A stretch of DNA of 64,000 nt from Lingula anatina (GCA_051362555.1 CM120649.1:14632001-14696000), one strand, 5' to 3'; positions 12,001 to 23,335 are shown, counted from the first letter of the stretch. Notes: generated by a model from the sequence alone, not told the origin. Program-made: numbers and translations.

Positions 12001-15000
12001 TCCAATAAATGGTTTAAATAGATGGTTCCTTAATTAATAACCTCGTAAGTAGTTAGGGAGGCTGTTAGTTATAGAAGGAATAAACAACAACCAAGTGAAC
12101 TGATCTTCTTAAACAACTATATAATACCAGTATATACTAGACACATAGAGGCCATCAACACCATTTCGTTCGATTACTTTTTACGTGTTAATAAAATTAT
12201 GGATTTCCAATATCTGCCAAAAGACAAAATCCCAGTAAAGAAGACGAAACTTCACCATAATCATGATAATCACAGTTTTAAGATCAGAAACAGATTAAAC
12301 AACTGCGCATATATTTTCAACAAGATGGTAAATCTTTACAAACGCTTAAAATGCTATATAGTTAACTGATATTTACATTGTGCTCGTTTTCCGGACGCCT
12401 TGTCGTGAAGACCTTTGATAATATTGCCCAGCTCAGAGAGGGATTTGTTGATGTTCTTGCTCTCGTCCAACCGCTCCCCTACTGCACCAGTTTGCTTAGA
12501 TCGCTCACTGAAATTTTGTTCGGTTTTTAAAAATAAAACAAGCTTGTCTTACATAAATGCATTTTTACTTAATAGTTAACAAAACTAATCTGTCCGCCAA
12601 TGAGAGTTTTACGTTTTATAATCATAAATACAATATTTAAATTTTAAATATTCTTAAATGTTACGTATTGTTCAATTGTTCTTTATTTCACTCTGGCTTT
12701 TATCCCCTACAAGAACTTTTCACTTTTCTCTTTTTATTACAAAATTTGTCTGCTGTTTGGTTTGTTTTTATTAAATCGATATATCTTACCTTCCTGCAAG
12801 ATCCACCAAATTTATACACGCTTGTTTGGTAGTGTTCTCTTTCTTGTAGATCTGCTCAAAGTTGACAGTGACGATTGTATGCGCGCGGCTGCTGTGATCG
12901 TTCATCTTGGTGGCGGCAAGGGTTCGGTTTCTATTCCCGTCGTCCATACGGAGCTCGATATCCCTGTAATTTCCCACTGGGACATCTGTGAGGTGCTCCA
13001 CTGCATACGAAAATTGACGATTAATAATTATTATGCCTCTATGATATTGCCTTTGTTGGTTTGTTACTTAACAACAGCTAGCAGGGCACTGTGCCCGCGC
13101 CTTTGACGGGGGCGTCTCGAAAAGTCCGAAGTTTCAATGGTCCGAAAAATGGTAACATTTTCATCGGTTTTTTAAATCAATGGTTTATTGGTCCGAAGGT
13201 TCTATAGTGAACTTTCGAACCAATGAACCTTCGGACTATTGCTACGGCCCCCCTTTGACTCATATTTTGGACACCACGTGGGGGAAAAGGTAAAAGAGGC
13301 AGACGACATGTAACTTACTCTGGTACCATCATGAATGATACTGATATGCAAACAAATGAGATCCTTTCACTTATGAGAGAGAAATATCTCTGGTCTTAAC
13401 ATGTTGCTGCTGTTGCTCCCATTCCCAAGTTCGAAAGATGATGATGAATAAATGTTACGGCTGAGAAATGGACGAACTTTTAAAAATCGATCGGACTTTG
13501 GTAGCGATACCGTAATTAATTGAGGAGAAAGATGAGATATTTTAATTAGTTAATAAAGTTGCCTTAGTGGAAGACTGCGCTCTCTGGAATGCTTCACTAG
13601 TTTTCAAATTAAAACTGAATAACTCGAACGGAATATCATCAAAGAGATTATGTTAATTATGTGCACCGCATTCGTGAAAATTACTTTTGCAAAATAAAAT
13701 GTAATTACTGCACAAAGTTACACTCTCCGTATTTTTTTACAATTATTTACCGTAAAACCTGAAATAACCCTCTTCAACTTTCCACTTGTACTTACCGTAA
13801 AACCCCTTAGTGGCGTGTTCCCTAACTTTCAGACCCTCTTTAGCCTTTCCCTTGACCTTCTTAGTGAGAAGATCTCGTACTTGTTCGTTGTAGATCTCCA
13901 ACATACTGAATTTCACCTGCAAAAATAAAGTAAATATTTAGGTTTGAAGATCATCTGCAACTACTAAATACTTTAATAAATATAAAAATGCGTATGCTAC
14001 TTCCTTTGCTTATGATAAAAGTGTTTGAAATTAAATAGTTTATAAAGACATTTTATATTAACCATTGTTCCAAATACATTAATAGAGGTGGAAAAATTAA
14101 GAAAAAAATAATAATTAAGCCTTAGCAGTGAACAATTTTAACACAAGACGTAGACAAATAATTACGGAACATTAAGACCAATACCACTGAATGAGACTCT
14201 TGACTACCTAATGATAGCCAATGAAAAGTCGAATTCTCCTTGTTACCTGGATGCTGCATGTCGACATTTAAAAATTCTTTTCGTGCACCTTTTTCTAATA
14301 TTTTTCAAGAAAATGTGTACTGTATATACATACCCGATATTCCACCCCTTCTTTCGGGTTTTCTTTGATTTGTTGAAACAACATTTCACATACACGGGGA
14401 ACAATTCCTGCAACGATGAAATAAAAATTGAAGGACACATGATTACTAAGTACATTATTTAATTCCGGCGAAGACTTCCACTGGGTTCCAATGCTTAGAT
14501 CGATCCATCTGGATCGATTTAACTCCCTCGGAAGTATCACTAAACTGAGTAAAGATAATTACCCCCTAACAGCTTTACTAGGCGTGACAGACATTTAAAG
14601 GGATAATAACTCTTCGTATGAGATCTATATTTCACAATAAAAACATTGTGAGTAACTCATAGAAATATCGTATTTTCTGTTTTACCACAAAAACAGCAGT
14701 TACAGCTATTATTCTGATATCTGAGCTTGTCTTTAGACCAAGTGACCTCCATTGATGGCTATACAGTATACTCTGTTAAGATCTCTTAAGAGATTTTAAC
14801 AAAAAACCAAACTTTTTAGAAAAAAAAACAGGTACTAACATTGAATGTAAAATGGATTCATTAACCATTGGTAAATATGGGAAAATTGTTGTTTACTCCA
14901 GGAAAATTCATTTTTTGACCGAAACGAAGAGCTATTATCCCTTTAAGCCAGTCAAGCTGACAGCAATTTAGAGAGACTCCCAAGGAAGATAGATCGATCG

Positions 15001-15822
15001 AAATATCTGTGGGAATGGTCCCTTTAACATACATTTTATATTAGATTGCTGACTATTTTGGCCCAGTAACATGAATAAACATTCTTTAATTTAAAAAAGA
15101 AAAAATACAGAACTCTTGTATTTGGGTGAAATAAACTAGTATCTGTCGAGGCTAACTTACCTTTATTTGCTCCGTATCCCATGATGGAGTACGACTTCCC
15201 GCTCCCAGTTTGCCCATATGCGAAAATAGAGCAGTTGTACCCCTCCCACGCATTGGTCAACATTCCGCGGCCGAGATCATTGAAAACTTTCGTCTGGAGA
15301 AAGAAAAATATGTTCATCTAGGTACCATAAGTTTAACATATCAATTTGAAACACACTTAAAATGTTTTATCACCCTGCAATGTTCCTTTTGTAGCTTTAA
15401 AGTGGGCTTACGTCATGCCTGTCTACCTCAAGAGACACGTGACGTTGACTGACGTCTTATGACGTCAACAGGGTACGCGTGTTGGGAAATGGGCCATTAC
15501 TCTGAACTCTACTCACTTGATCCGAGTATTTGGCAGTCGCTGGTGAATAATATCCATCCTTTTCCTCATTGTAACCATCGTGTGACCAGTATGAATGGTC
15601 GAAAATGAATTTCTTGGGCTCCTCCCCGGGGCGAGCAGCGGGGTCTTTGATGTAGGTGGTGACCCCATCCATGTCTATAATACGCTGGGCGTTGGAGTCC
15701 TTCTCTCTTTGGCTGTGCGAAAGTCAAGGATGATTAACAAACTCTGGAGTACGTGTACATGTACCTCGTGAGTGGAGCAAAGGTACGGTCTTGCTGTACT
15801 TATGGGTTGAACTGAAAAAATG

Positions 15823-15863
<41 letters not shown>

Positions 15864-15939
15864 TGGTTGTTCTTTTTACTAGACCCAGGGGGGCACTTAC
15901 CTGTGGTGTGGCCACTCTTATTGTATGTTTTTATTATAA

Positions 15940-16004
<65 letters not shown>

Positions 16005-16084
16005 AGAGACAGAGACTCAAAATCAAAATGCAAGGATATAAAAGGGCGGACCCTCACTGCCACTTTAATGTTTTCTGTCGACAT
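5091..16084 (-). CDS. KIF28: Kinesin-3 family motor, KIF28/KLP-6-like (motor, neck coil, FHA, C2-like stalk, CaaX-like end), ~920 aa, 22 coding exons
   Basis: Exons (minus): 16084-16040, 15714-15517, 15293-15161, 14407-14334, 13916-13796, 13000-12790, 12507-12377, 11867-11797, 11534-11474, 11017-10868, 10636-10602, 10406-10326, 9779-9665, 9340-9277, 9065-8934, 8534-8365 (alternative donor 8359), 8076-7916, 7495-7367, 6955-6725, 6122-6054, 5743-5612, 5339-5091. Total 2763 nt, all phases match. Motifs: [21 protein letters not shown]-loop [22 protein letters not shown], switch I NDHSSRAH, switch II DLAGSER, TLSTLRYADRAK, kinesin-3 NLNEDP, FHA LHHQDRILFG, DPFYEP. Confidence 0.9.
7656..7885. mobile_element. 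Foldback MITE (TAGATCGAT family) in a kinesin intron
   Basis: Long inverted arms ATACCTAGATCGAT...GATCGACCCAACTCCGAGGGTTTCTCGCTAAA and TTTAGCGAGAAACCCTCGGAGTTGGGTCGATC...ATCGATCTAGGTAT. Related copies near 4020, 14496, 17536, 17770, 18770, 18945 and 60125. Confidence 0.85.
10055..10208. mobile_element. Short MITE-like inverted-repeat element
   Basis: AGAAATGGAAGTCCGC and GGAATGGTAGTCC are mirrored by GCGGACTTCCATTTCT and GGACTACCATTCC. Confidence 0.55.
13108..13251. mobile_element. MITE with 8-bp target-site duplication (Merlin- or hAT-like)
   Basis: Imperfect TIRs GGGGGCGTCTCGAAAAGTCCGAAGTTTCAATGGTCCGAAA and TTCGAACCAATGAACCTTCGGACTATTGCTACGGCCCC. CCTTTGAC flanks both sides (13100-13107, 13252-13259). 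Confidence 0.7.
14496..15000. mobile_element. TAGATCGAT-family MITE interrupted by a nested element
   Basis: Left half TAGATCGATCC...AACTCCCTCGGAAGT at 14496-14598; right half GCTGACAGCAATTTAGAGAGACTCCC...AGATCGATC at 14947-15000. Confidence 0.65.
14599..14942. mobile_element. Non-autonomous TTAA-targeting DNA transposon (Kolobok-like), nested
   Basis: TTAA|AGGGATAATAACTCTTCGT ... ACGAAGAGCTATTATCCCT|TTAA: TIRs with purine termini and a TTAA TSD. Confidence 0.75.
15715..16039 (-). other. U12-type (minor spliceosome) AT-AC intron, first coding intron of the kinesin
   Basis: 5' site ATATCCTTG (16039-16031), branch site TCCTTGAC (15730-15723), 3' end ...TTTCGCAC (AC at 15716-15715). Removal gives in-frame VRVRPF|[15 protein letters not shown]. 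Confidence 0.93.
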
Positions 16085-16586
16085 GTTTGATTTTCTTTCT
16101 GAAAAAAAAAAGGAAAATGTGTTTTACGTTGTACTTTACAATTAGTCAGAGTATCCGTAAGCATAATCCATTAATCCCACGAATGAATCTAAATCCATTT
16201 AAATAGTTGGGCTGCATCGGTTGTACTTAAAATGTTTAAACCTGACCGGTGCATACTGTACATGTATGAACAGTGACTTGAAAACACAAAATATCACTTT
16301 ACGGGATTGCCAATAATTATGCTTAGATAATATGGCTCATATTGAGAATGTTCATTATTAGGAGAAATGCTTTCGGCATAACGACATACCAATACGTCAG
16401 TGCTGCAGCAAAGACTTAATTGCTCTGTTACTAATGTTTGTGCATTTATACCTACTTGTCATTCTTGCTTTATGTCAATATCAGAATTTACTATCGTGAA
16501 TGTGTCATGGAACGAAACTCTTCATTCTGTGTATATATCAATTAATTAGAGAAAAATAGTCCAGTATTTGAAGGTATTTTGCTCAC

Positions 16587-17185
16587 CTCAAATGTCAATC
16601 TCCTGTGTTGATTTATATCGCTAAGTCCGCCATCACTGCTTCATCAAAATTGGGTCATGGCGGTGCGTATTGCACAAGGTGGGCTATTACTAACATAGCG
16701 ACGGCCAAACAAAACACGGATTATGTTTAAGGAGTCTATTGAAAGGCTGTCGCACGTGACAATAATCGATAAAAGCTGGTCTGGATTTCGTATTGGGGAG
16801 AGAAGAACGGCAACATTTTATGAACATAAAACAAACTGCTGTTTTACTTTAATAAACTTGATGCTTGCGAAATGTATAGAATCATTGACAACTTTTGTTA
16901 TAATCATTTGTTAGTGAAATAATTTCGCTCAAAACATAGTTGATGATCATGGCGTAGCTTGGTTCGCTTTCTTTTCCCTTTCCCTAAAACGGCTAGTCTT
17001 CCATCTTCTAAGAATCGATTGCTCTATTTCAACATATCAAACATGGCCGATCACTGTGACAGGTTCTAGCTAATCACAGCAGAAGCGGGAGAAAATAACC
17101 AGACCTCACACCTCTACGACAGGACGACCGTCCGGATGTGGACTTGTGTCATGCTTTAGGACCAACGTAGCCCAGTGAAACACAG
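16587..17185. promoter_or_regulatory. Putative bidirectional promoter with two non-coding first exons
   Basis: Minus-strand donor GAG|GTGAGC at 16587 pairs with the acceptor at 16099, just before the kinesin ATG. Plus-strand donor CAG|GTGAGT at 17185 pairs with the acceptor at 19328, before the neighbour's ATG. The region is CpG-richer than its flanks. TSSs are not determined. Confidence 0.55.
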
Positions 17186-17535
17186 GTGAGTTAACAGTGA
17201 CTGGTGGTGACCCATACTGTCTCGGACAGGTGTGACAATTTAAAAGCTCTTAACAACGACGACGTTAAAATGTTATAAATCCGCGTGTACTGGTAGTATG
17301 AATTTAAATGTTCTTTTATGAAATATTAGTAAGGTCAAGTTGGCAATTTGCAAGTCATAAAATACGAAGGCAGTGTACGGTTACTCGGCGGTGGGATTTA
17401 GACTTAAAAGCGCGCAATAACCGTCTTCAGATTTTTTTTAATCTGTACGTTGCAGTGAGCTTCATGTGTACGTATATCAACGTTAACAATGTCAGATATA
17501 ACAAAATTACACTTGGGCTCTGTTCTCACAACTTT

Positions 17536-17962
17536 TAGATCGATCTATCACCGCGGGGAGTCTCACTAGATTACTGTCAGATAATCCCCCTTAAGTGTCC
17601 GTCCCCGCCTACTACAAGCTTTAAGGGGTAATTAACTTTCGTGTCCGCCCGGCTGACAGCTATTTAGCGTGAACCCCCAGGGAGTTAGGTCGATCCAATG
17701 TAGGTCGATCTAATCTATGAGAATGGGGTGTTGGACACCATTCCCACAGACACACGACCATCGGTCTACGTGGATCGACCTTACTCTGCTGGGACTCTCG
17801 CTAAGTGCAATCAGCTTAACAGAATGACTCTCTTCCTCTTGTTTCTAACGTACTAGCATAATCACCACTTTTCTGTATTCGACTAAACGCCAGGGGGAGG
17901 CTTATACGATAATCTGTTAAACTGATTGTACTCAGCGAGAATCCCTCGATGTGGGTCGATGT
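17536..17962. mobile_element. Two adjacent TAGATCGAT-family MITEs
   Basis: 17536-17712 (TAGATCGATCTA ... TAGGTCGATCTA) and ~17770-17962 (GGATCGACC...GACTCTCGCTAAGT ... CTCAGCGAGAATCCC...GGGTCGAT). Confidence 0.65.
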
Positions 17963-19371
17963 GTCTGTTTAATGATCCTCCGACTAAACATGGCCTACCC
18001 TACCCCCCCCCCCAAAAAAAAAAAAAAAAAAAAAATTAAGTCGCCCTAATCCCCTGATGGTCTCCCCACCTCCACACGCGCTATTAAAATGACTATATGG
18101 GAATGGAACCTAAGTTGCGTATTAATTTGTGAATACTCTTCCCTGTACTATATATGTTAAAGGTTGCTATTGATACTATGACGCTTTACTCTATTGAAAG
18201 TAATGTATAGAAAACGAACACTTCTTTTTCATTTTGATTTATGATTTGGATAATTAAATGTCTTAGCATGCCATACCACAATAGAGCAGATTTTAAGACT
18301 TGTCAATCGGATCAAGAACCGTTTATTTTATATTTTACAGTAACTGCGATATTACATATTGTTTGTTACCCCTGGTAAAACAAATAATATATAACGCTAA
18401 ACAAAATGCACTCACAAGTGATACATGACCGCTGTCCCTTTTTTTTTTTTTTATGAATACTAGTTCCCTGTATAGGCCAAGAGTAAATGTGTGTCATGAT
18501 AGGAGTAGGCCTTATGCCCGTTTCTGTGCCACACACACACACACACATACAGACACTTAAAATTACACAACCCGGCCCGTAAGCTGAGAAAATAAGTTGC
18601 TGAAGTTCATGATAGGTCTTTTAATATAAAGATTTAATTTTTTTTCCAAAAATCTCGTCAAAGCTGGAGTCCACTTTCCACTCCTTTGTCCTCCCCCCCC
18701 CCCCCCCCCCCCACAAATAAGTATACTAACCGGGGTCCAGCCTAAGGGACTGTTTATAATGAATGCTGTCGACCTAGCTAATGCGCACTAACTCCACGGG
18801 GACTCTCGCTGAATACAACCAGATTAACAGACTAACAGGCCTCCTCCTACCGTTGAGTAGAATATAGAAAAAAATTGGACACAAGAGCAAGCAAGTGAAG
18901 ACTCATTCCAAATCACTGATTCCAAATGAAACGACCGTTCTACGTAGATCGATATAACTAGGCGGGGACTCTCGCTGAATGCAGTCAGATTAACAAATTA
19001 ACACGCTCCCTCTTTATTTTGAGTAAAATGCAGAAAAGCTGTTATATAGACGAGTACCGTGGAAACAAGAGGAAGCGAGTTAGTCTGTTAATCTGATAGG
19101 TACTGGTAGGTAGCTATGTATTGTGAAAGCTTCCTTCTTAGGCTTTTAAAATAAACAAACGTACATGGTGTATATATTAACATATAATCATATATGTAAA
19201 CAAACGTACATGAAGTACATGTGAATATATACACCATGTCAATGTTGCGAAAACTGTAGGCGAACCTCACTTACACTGAACACTTGTCATATGAATCGTT
19301 GCATGTTTTTATCATTTATTTTCCCCAGAGAGTGCCTTCCGTTTAACCAAGTACGCCAACGAAACACAACC

Positions 19372-22300
19372 ATGGGAAATGCCTGCTGTTGTTGTCAACC
19401 GCGCGGCTACATCGTAGGATACGGTTACGTGGAGGCAGACGATCCCAGTTGCTTTAAATTCAAGAAGAGAAGAGCGCGCATTCGTCATAAGAGACAGAAG
19501 CCAACCGTCAACTCGGCTCCCGAGGAATATTATGACTCCTCCTCGGACGACGACGGGGACTGCTGGAAAGGTGGGCGTGGCGGAGGGGGCGGTGCCAGAA
19601 GGTTACGGACCCGAGGTCGTGTAAGTCCCGGCGCCAGTAATGACAGTGATGCTGATGCACGGGCAGCAGCGCATGTGTACGAGTATCAGCGCCAGAATCA
19701 AACTGGTGTGGCTTTTATCTCTGGGTCAGTTCCCCTCTCACAAAACCACAATAACACCACAACTACAGGGTATTCCCACTTTTCACACCAGCAGTATGGG
19801 TACGGACAACCCCAACGTGGTAACGGACAGCAGCAAGGTGGTTACGGACAGCAGCAAGGTGGTTACGGACAACAGCAACGTGGCAACGGACAGCAGCAAG
19901 GTGGTTACGGACAGCAACAAGGTGGTTACGGACAACAGCAAGGTGGTTACGGACAACAGGGTCAACGACCCAACTCCAGCACTGGTAATAACACGAGTGA
20001 GTATGGGTGGAATCGAGAGCTTACAATGCCCTTGGACGATCGCCCTGGTAGCGGGCATTCATCCCACCAAACCACAGCAACATATGTACAGAGATCAAGC
20101 ACGCCCACGAAACTGCCCCCACTTGGTGACAATGCTATAGGTGGCAGCACGCCAGCTTATCGCCAAGACCCCCTTACAATGGAGCAGGGTGGTGGAGTCT
20201 CTCGGCCCGGGGGTCGATCTATAAAAGTAATAATGGCAAACACCAAGGTGAATAACCACACGTCAAATACAGGTAGTGATCCCAACTTCAACGAAGCCGA
20301 ACCTTCCAACAAAGTTGACAAATTCCAGAAAACGGCCAATATTAATATCAACGACGCCAGTGGACCGGGCATGACGCCTTTAAGTGTCAATACAGGGATC
20401 TCTACAGATATTTATGGTTCAAGCGGCTGTTTGAAAAGTAAGGACAAGAAAACAAAGAAGAAGGACAAGAAGAAGGACAAGAAGAAGAGCAAGAAGAAAC
20501 GTCGTGGTTCCTTTGATTCAAGTAGCTCAAGCAGTTCGAGCTCGAGTAGCTCGGATAGCAGCCCAGAATTGAACGTATTCGGCAACGATGCCAACATGAG
20601 CCACATCAGCAAAATAAGTAACATTCCAAGAGCAGAGTCACCAAAGTTGAACAATGTCGATAGCATGGTGATGTTTTATAATAACACCGTCAACGTCCAA
20701 AACGGCGACCCGGCGACTGAAAATACCGGTGGTTCTGCATCAGTCCCGAAGCCGAACACCGCAGAAGGGTCCATGGGTATGTACGGTTCCAAGCGCTCCT
20801 CCTCTTCCTCGTCCTCCTCTTCTGATAGTGACGGAGATGAGAAACCACACCCATCTGGTTACAGATCCATGTCTGCAAAAGCAAAAGGAACCGCTCTCCC
20901 CCCACCTCTGACGTTCCCACAGCCCAATTACCGCTCTGATTTACCTGTTGTACCTCGCCCCGTAACTCCTATTAGGACAAGTTCTAGGGCGGTCTCTGCC
21001 GGAACGGAGAGACAAATGCCGTCTGCCTACAACTCGATAGGTGGCAGTGAAGTACCAAGACGCTCCCTGGGGTATAGTACCACCGAAACGTCAGACCTGT
21101 TCCCTGGTGACAGTTTCAACCCAACCCATGTCAACCCAATGATATCAACCCAAACCACCACCGCCACAAATGTAACAACGCTTATGGGAACCCAGACCAC
21201 CTCTGTTGATACAAACACCAGTGAGTCACAGACAGCTCAACCTCCCGCCAAAAGCACCAGCGGTATGGAGACCCAAACTGAAGCTAAAAGAAGCAATTCC
21301 AGTGGAATGCAAACCGATGCGCAGACGACCGAATCCAATAACGATAGAGATATGTTGCTAGCAATGATAAACAGCTTGAAAGAGGTAAAATTATACATGT
21401 TTCTATAATTTCAATTCAATATTAATTTATTTTAGCTTCGACCATACCATGCATATAACATTTTCCAGATTCAGAATAGACGTAGTTTTCTTTTAAAAAT
21501 TTAGAAAAAAAGGACCTTGTGGTGTATTTTCTACTAGTATGATTTATTTTGGCTGTTGAAAATTGAGGGTGATGTGTTTAACATTGAGGTGATATGTATA
21601 ACTGATTTCTATCGTCAGCTAAAAATAATACTGTCGTTTCTCCATTTTACAGCAAATCGAAGAACTTAAATGGCAGCTTTTGGCAGCAACGCGTGAGAAA
21701 GAGAGAACAGATGACACCAACATCCTCATCATACTACAGACGCTATTTGCCGCGCAGAAGACGATGATGGAGAAGGAGGCCTCGCTTTCAGATAAACAGG
21801 TGGGTCGCTCGTGGCAACAAACGACTAAAAGAACTTAAAAATGCATGGTCTCTATGCTGCCCGGTTAACTTTAAAGAAAGGTTGTCAAGTCGCTGTTAAC
21901 CCATGCATGTTTGTACATGAATGTTCAATTATCATCAATGTACCATGAGTTGTGCATAGACGATGTGCTTTGAGATTACAAGTTGCCACTTAAGAATATT
22001 ACATCATGACTAAGGCACGGGTCATTGGATTTTGTGATCATATATATATTCATAAAAGAAGATTCATTTTACGTAAATTATTTATTCATACAGGAGCAAG
22101 AGCCATTGGGAAAAGTCAATGAAATCAATGACGTGCCACCAACCGTTGACATTGATGCAACACCAGAGATCCAAGAGATCAATAAGGATTATGAGACGGT
22201 AATGATTCACATCGATGACGATGATTGCATTAGCCTGTGATGATAGGGCATTTGTCAAAATTTCGTAGAACACTTAGAGATATTGTGTGTTAAGTTGTTT

Positions 22301-23283
22301 GTGTAAACTTGGATAATTAGCTGGTTATCAACCCATTACTAAATGGACAACACCTTCAAATTAAGCTTTACAAAGGTGTCGACATGATGGTTTATATATG
22401 TGTGTAATTTAAAAAGAAATTATTATTTGAGACTTAATAAAATGCTTTTTGCCATTGCAGAAAACCAAACAGTGCGAAACAGAACTAATCCAAAGCTGCC
22501 TCGAAAACAAAGATCAGATTTCCGAGGACGAAATCAACCGCATCCTCTCCAAGCATGAACTCCAGGTCGATGCTCTAAAACGCCAGCAAGAATTAGCCAA
22601 ACGCCAACAGTTAGAAGCCTTACAGAAGAAGTTCATTGCTCGTATAAGAAAAGATGGCCCCAGTGGCAACACCGATGACGACCTTGGAGGCGAAAGTACC
22701 CCCAATTCCACGACTCGTGAGACAACTGTAATCGCCTCTACGCAGTGCGAAGAAAGCAGCACCGTGACCGTCGAACAGCACACTGAGATTTCCCACAGCC
22801 AGGTAGCGCCACCGCCTAATGAAGAACAAAACAGCGTGACTGATGATTTTGATTTTGATGATGCTTATGAAGACGACTTCGAGTCAGACGATTCCGAAGA
22901 TCCCCCTTCTCTGGCCGGAGAAGATGAGGTAAGACAAGACAGAACTCAGTGATTCGTATACTAGTTGGGGTTGTGCGTGTCTTTTAAAAGAGTTCCAAAT
23001 AACGAAGTGCATTTTGTAAAGACAGTCAAATTGTTTTATAGTCTTATGCTTCACAATCAATCACAGAAACTGAAATACTACAGCAAACGATAGATTTGAA
23101 TTTATGTTCAGAATATAATTCTGCTTAAAACATATTATAGTATAGGTATGTATATTGTAGTCATGCTTTTATACACGTTATGAAGTGAACTAATGGCGTC
23201 ATAGTATATAATACATATATGTGCCCTGCTTTGATAAGATTTGAATTTATGTTCAGAATATTATTCTGCTTTAAACATTTTAT

Positions 23284-23335
<52 letters not shown>

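Noticed and set aside
15800-16039. ORF extension [14 protein letters not shown]...HTHTHT after the kinesin start
   Set aside because: Read-through into the U12 intron made of (CT)n/(CA)n microsatellites.
19291-19371. Upstream ATG of the 705-aa ORF
   Set aside because: It lies in the pyrimidine tract before the acceptor at 19328; the ATG at 19372 has a strong Kozak context and a Gly2 signal.
19640-20140. Overlapping 166-aa ORF with VVTDSSK repeats and an antisense LLLSVTT ORF
   Set aside because: Alternative-frame shadows of the 21-nt coding repeat.
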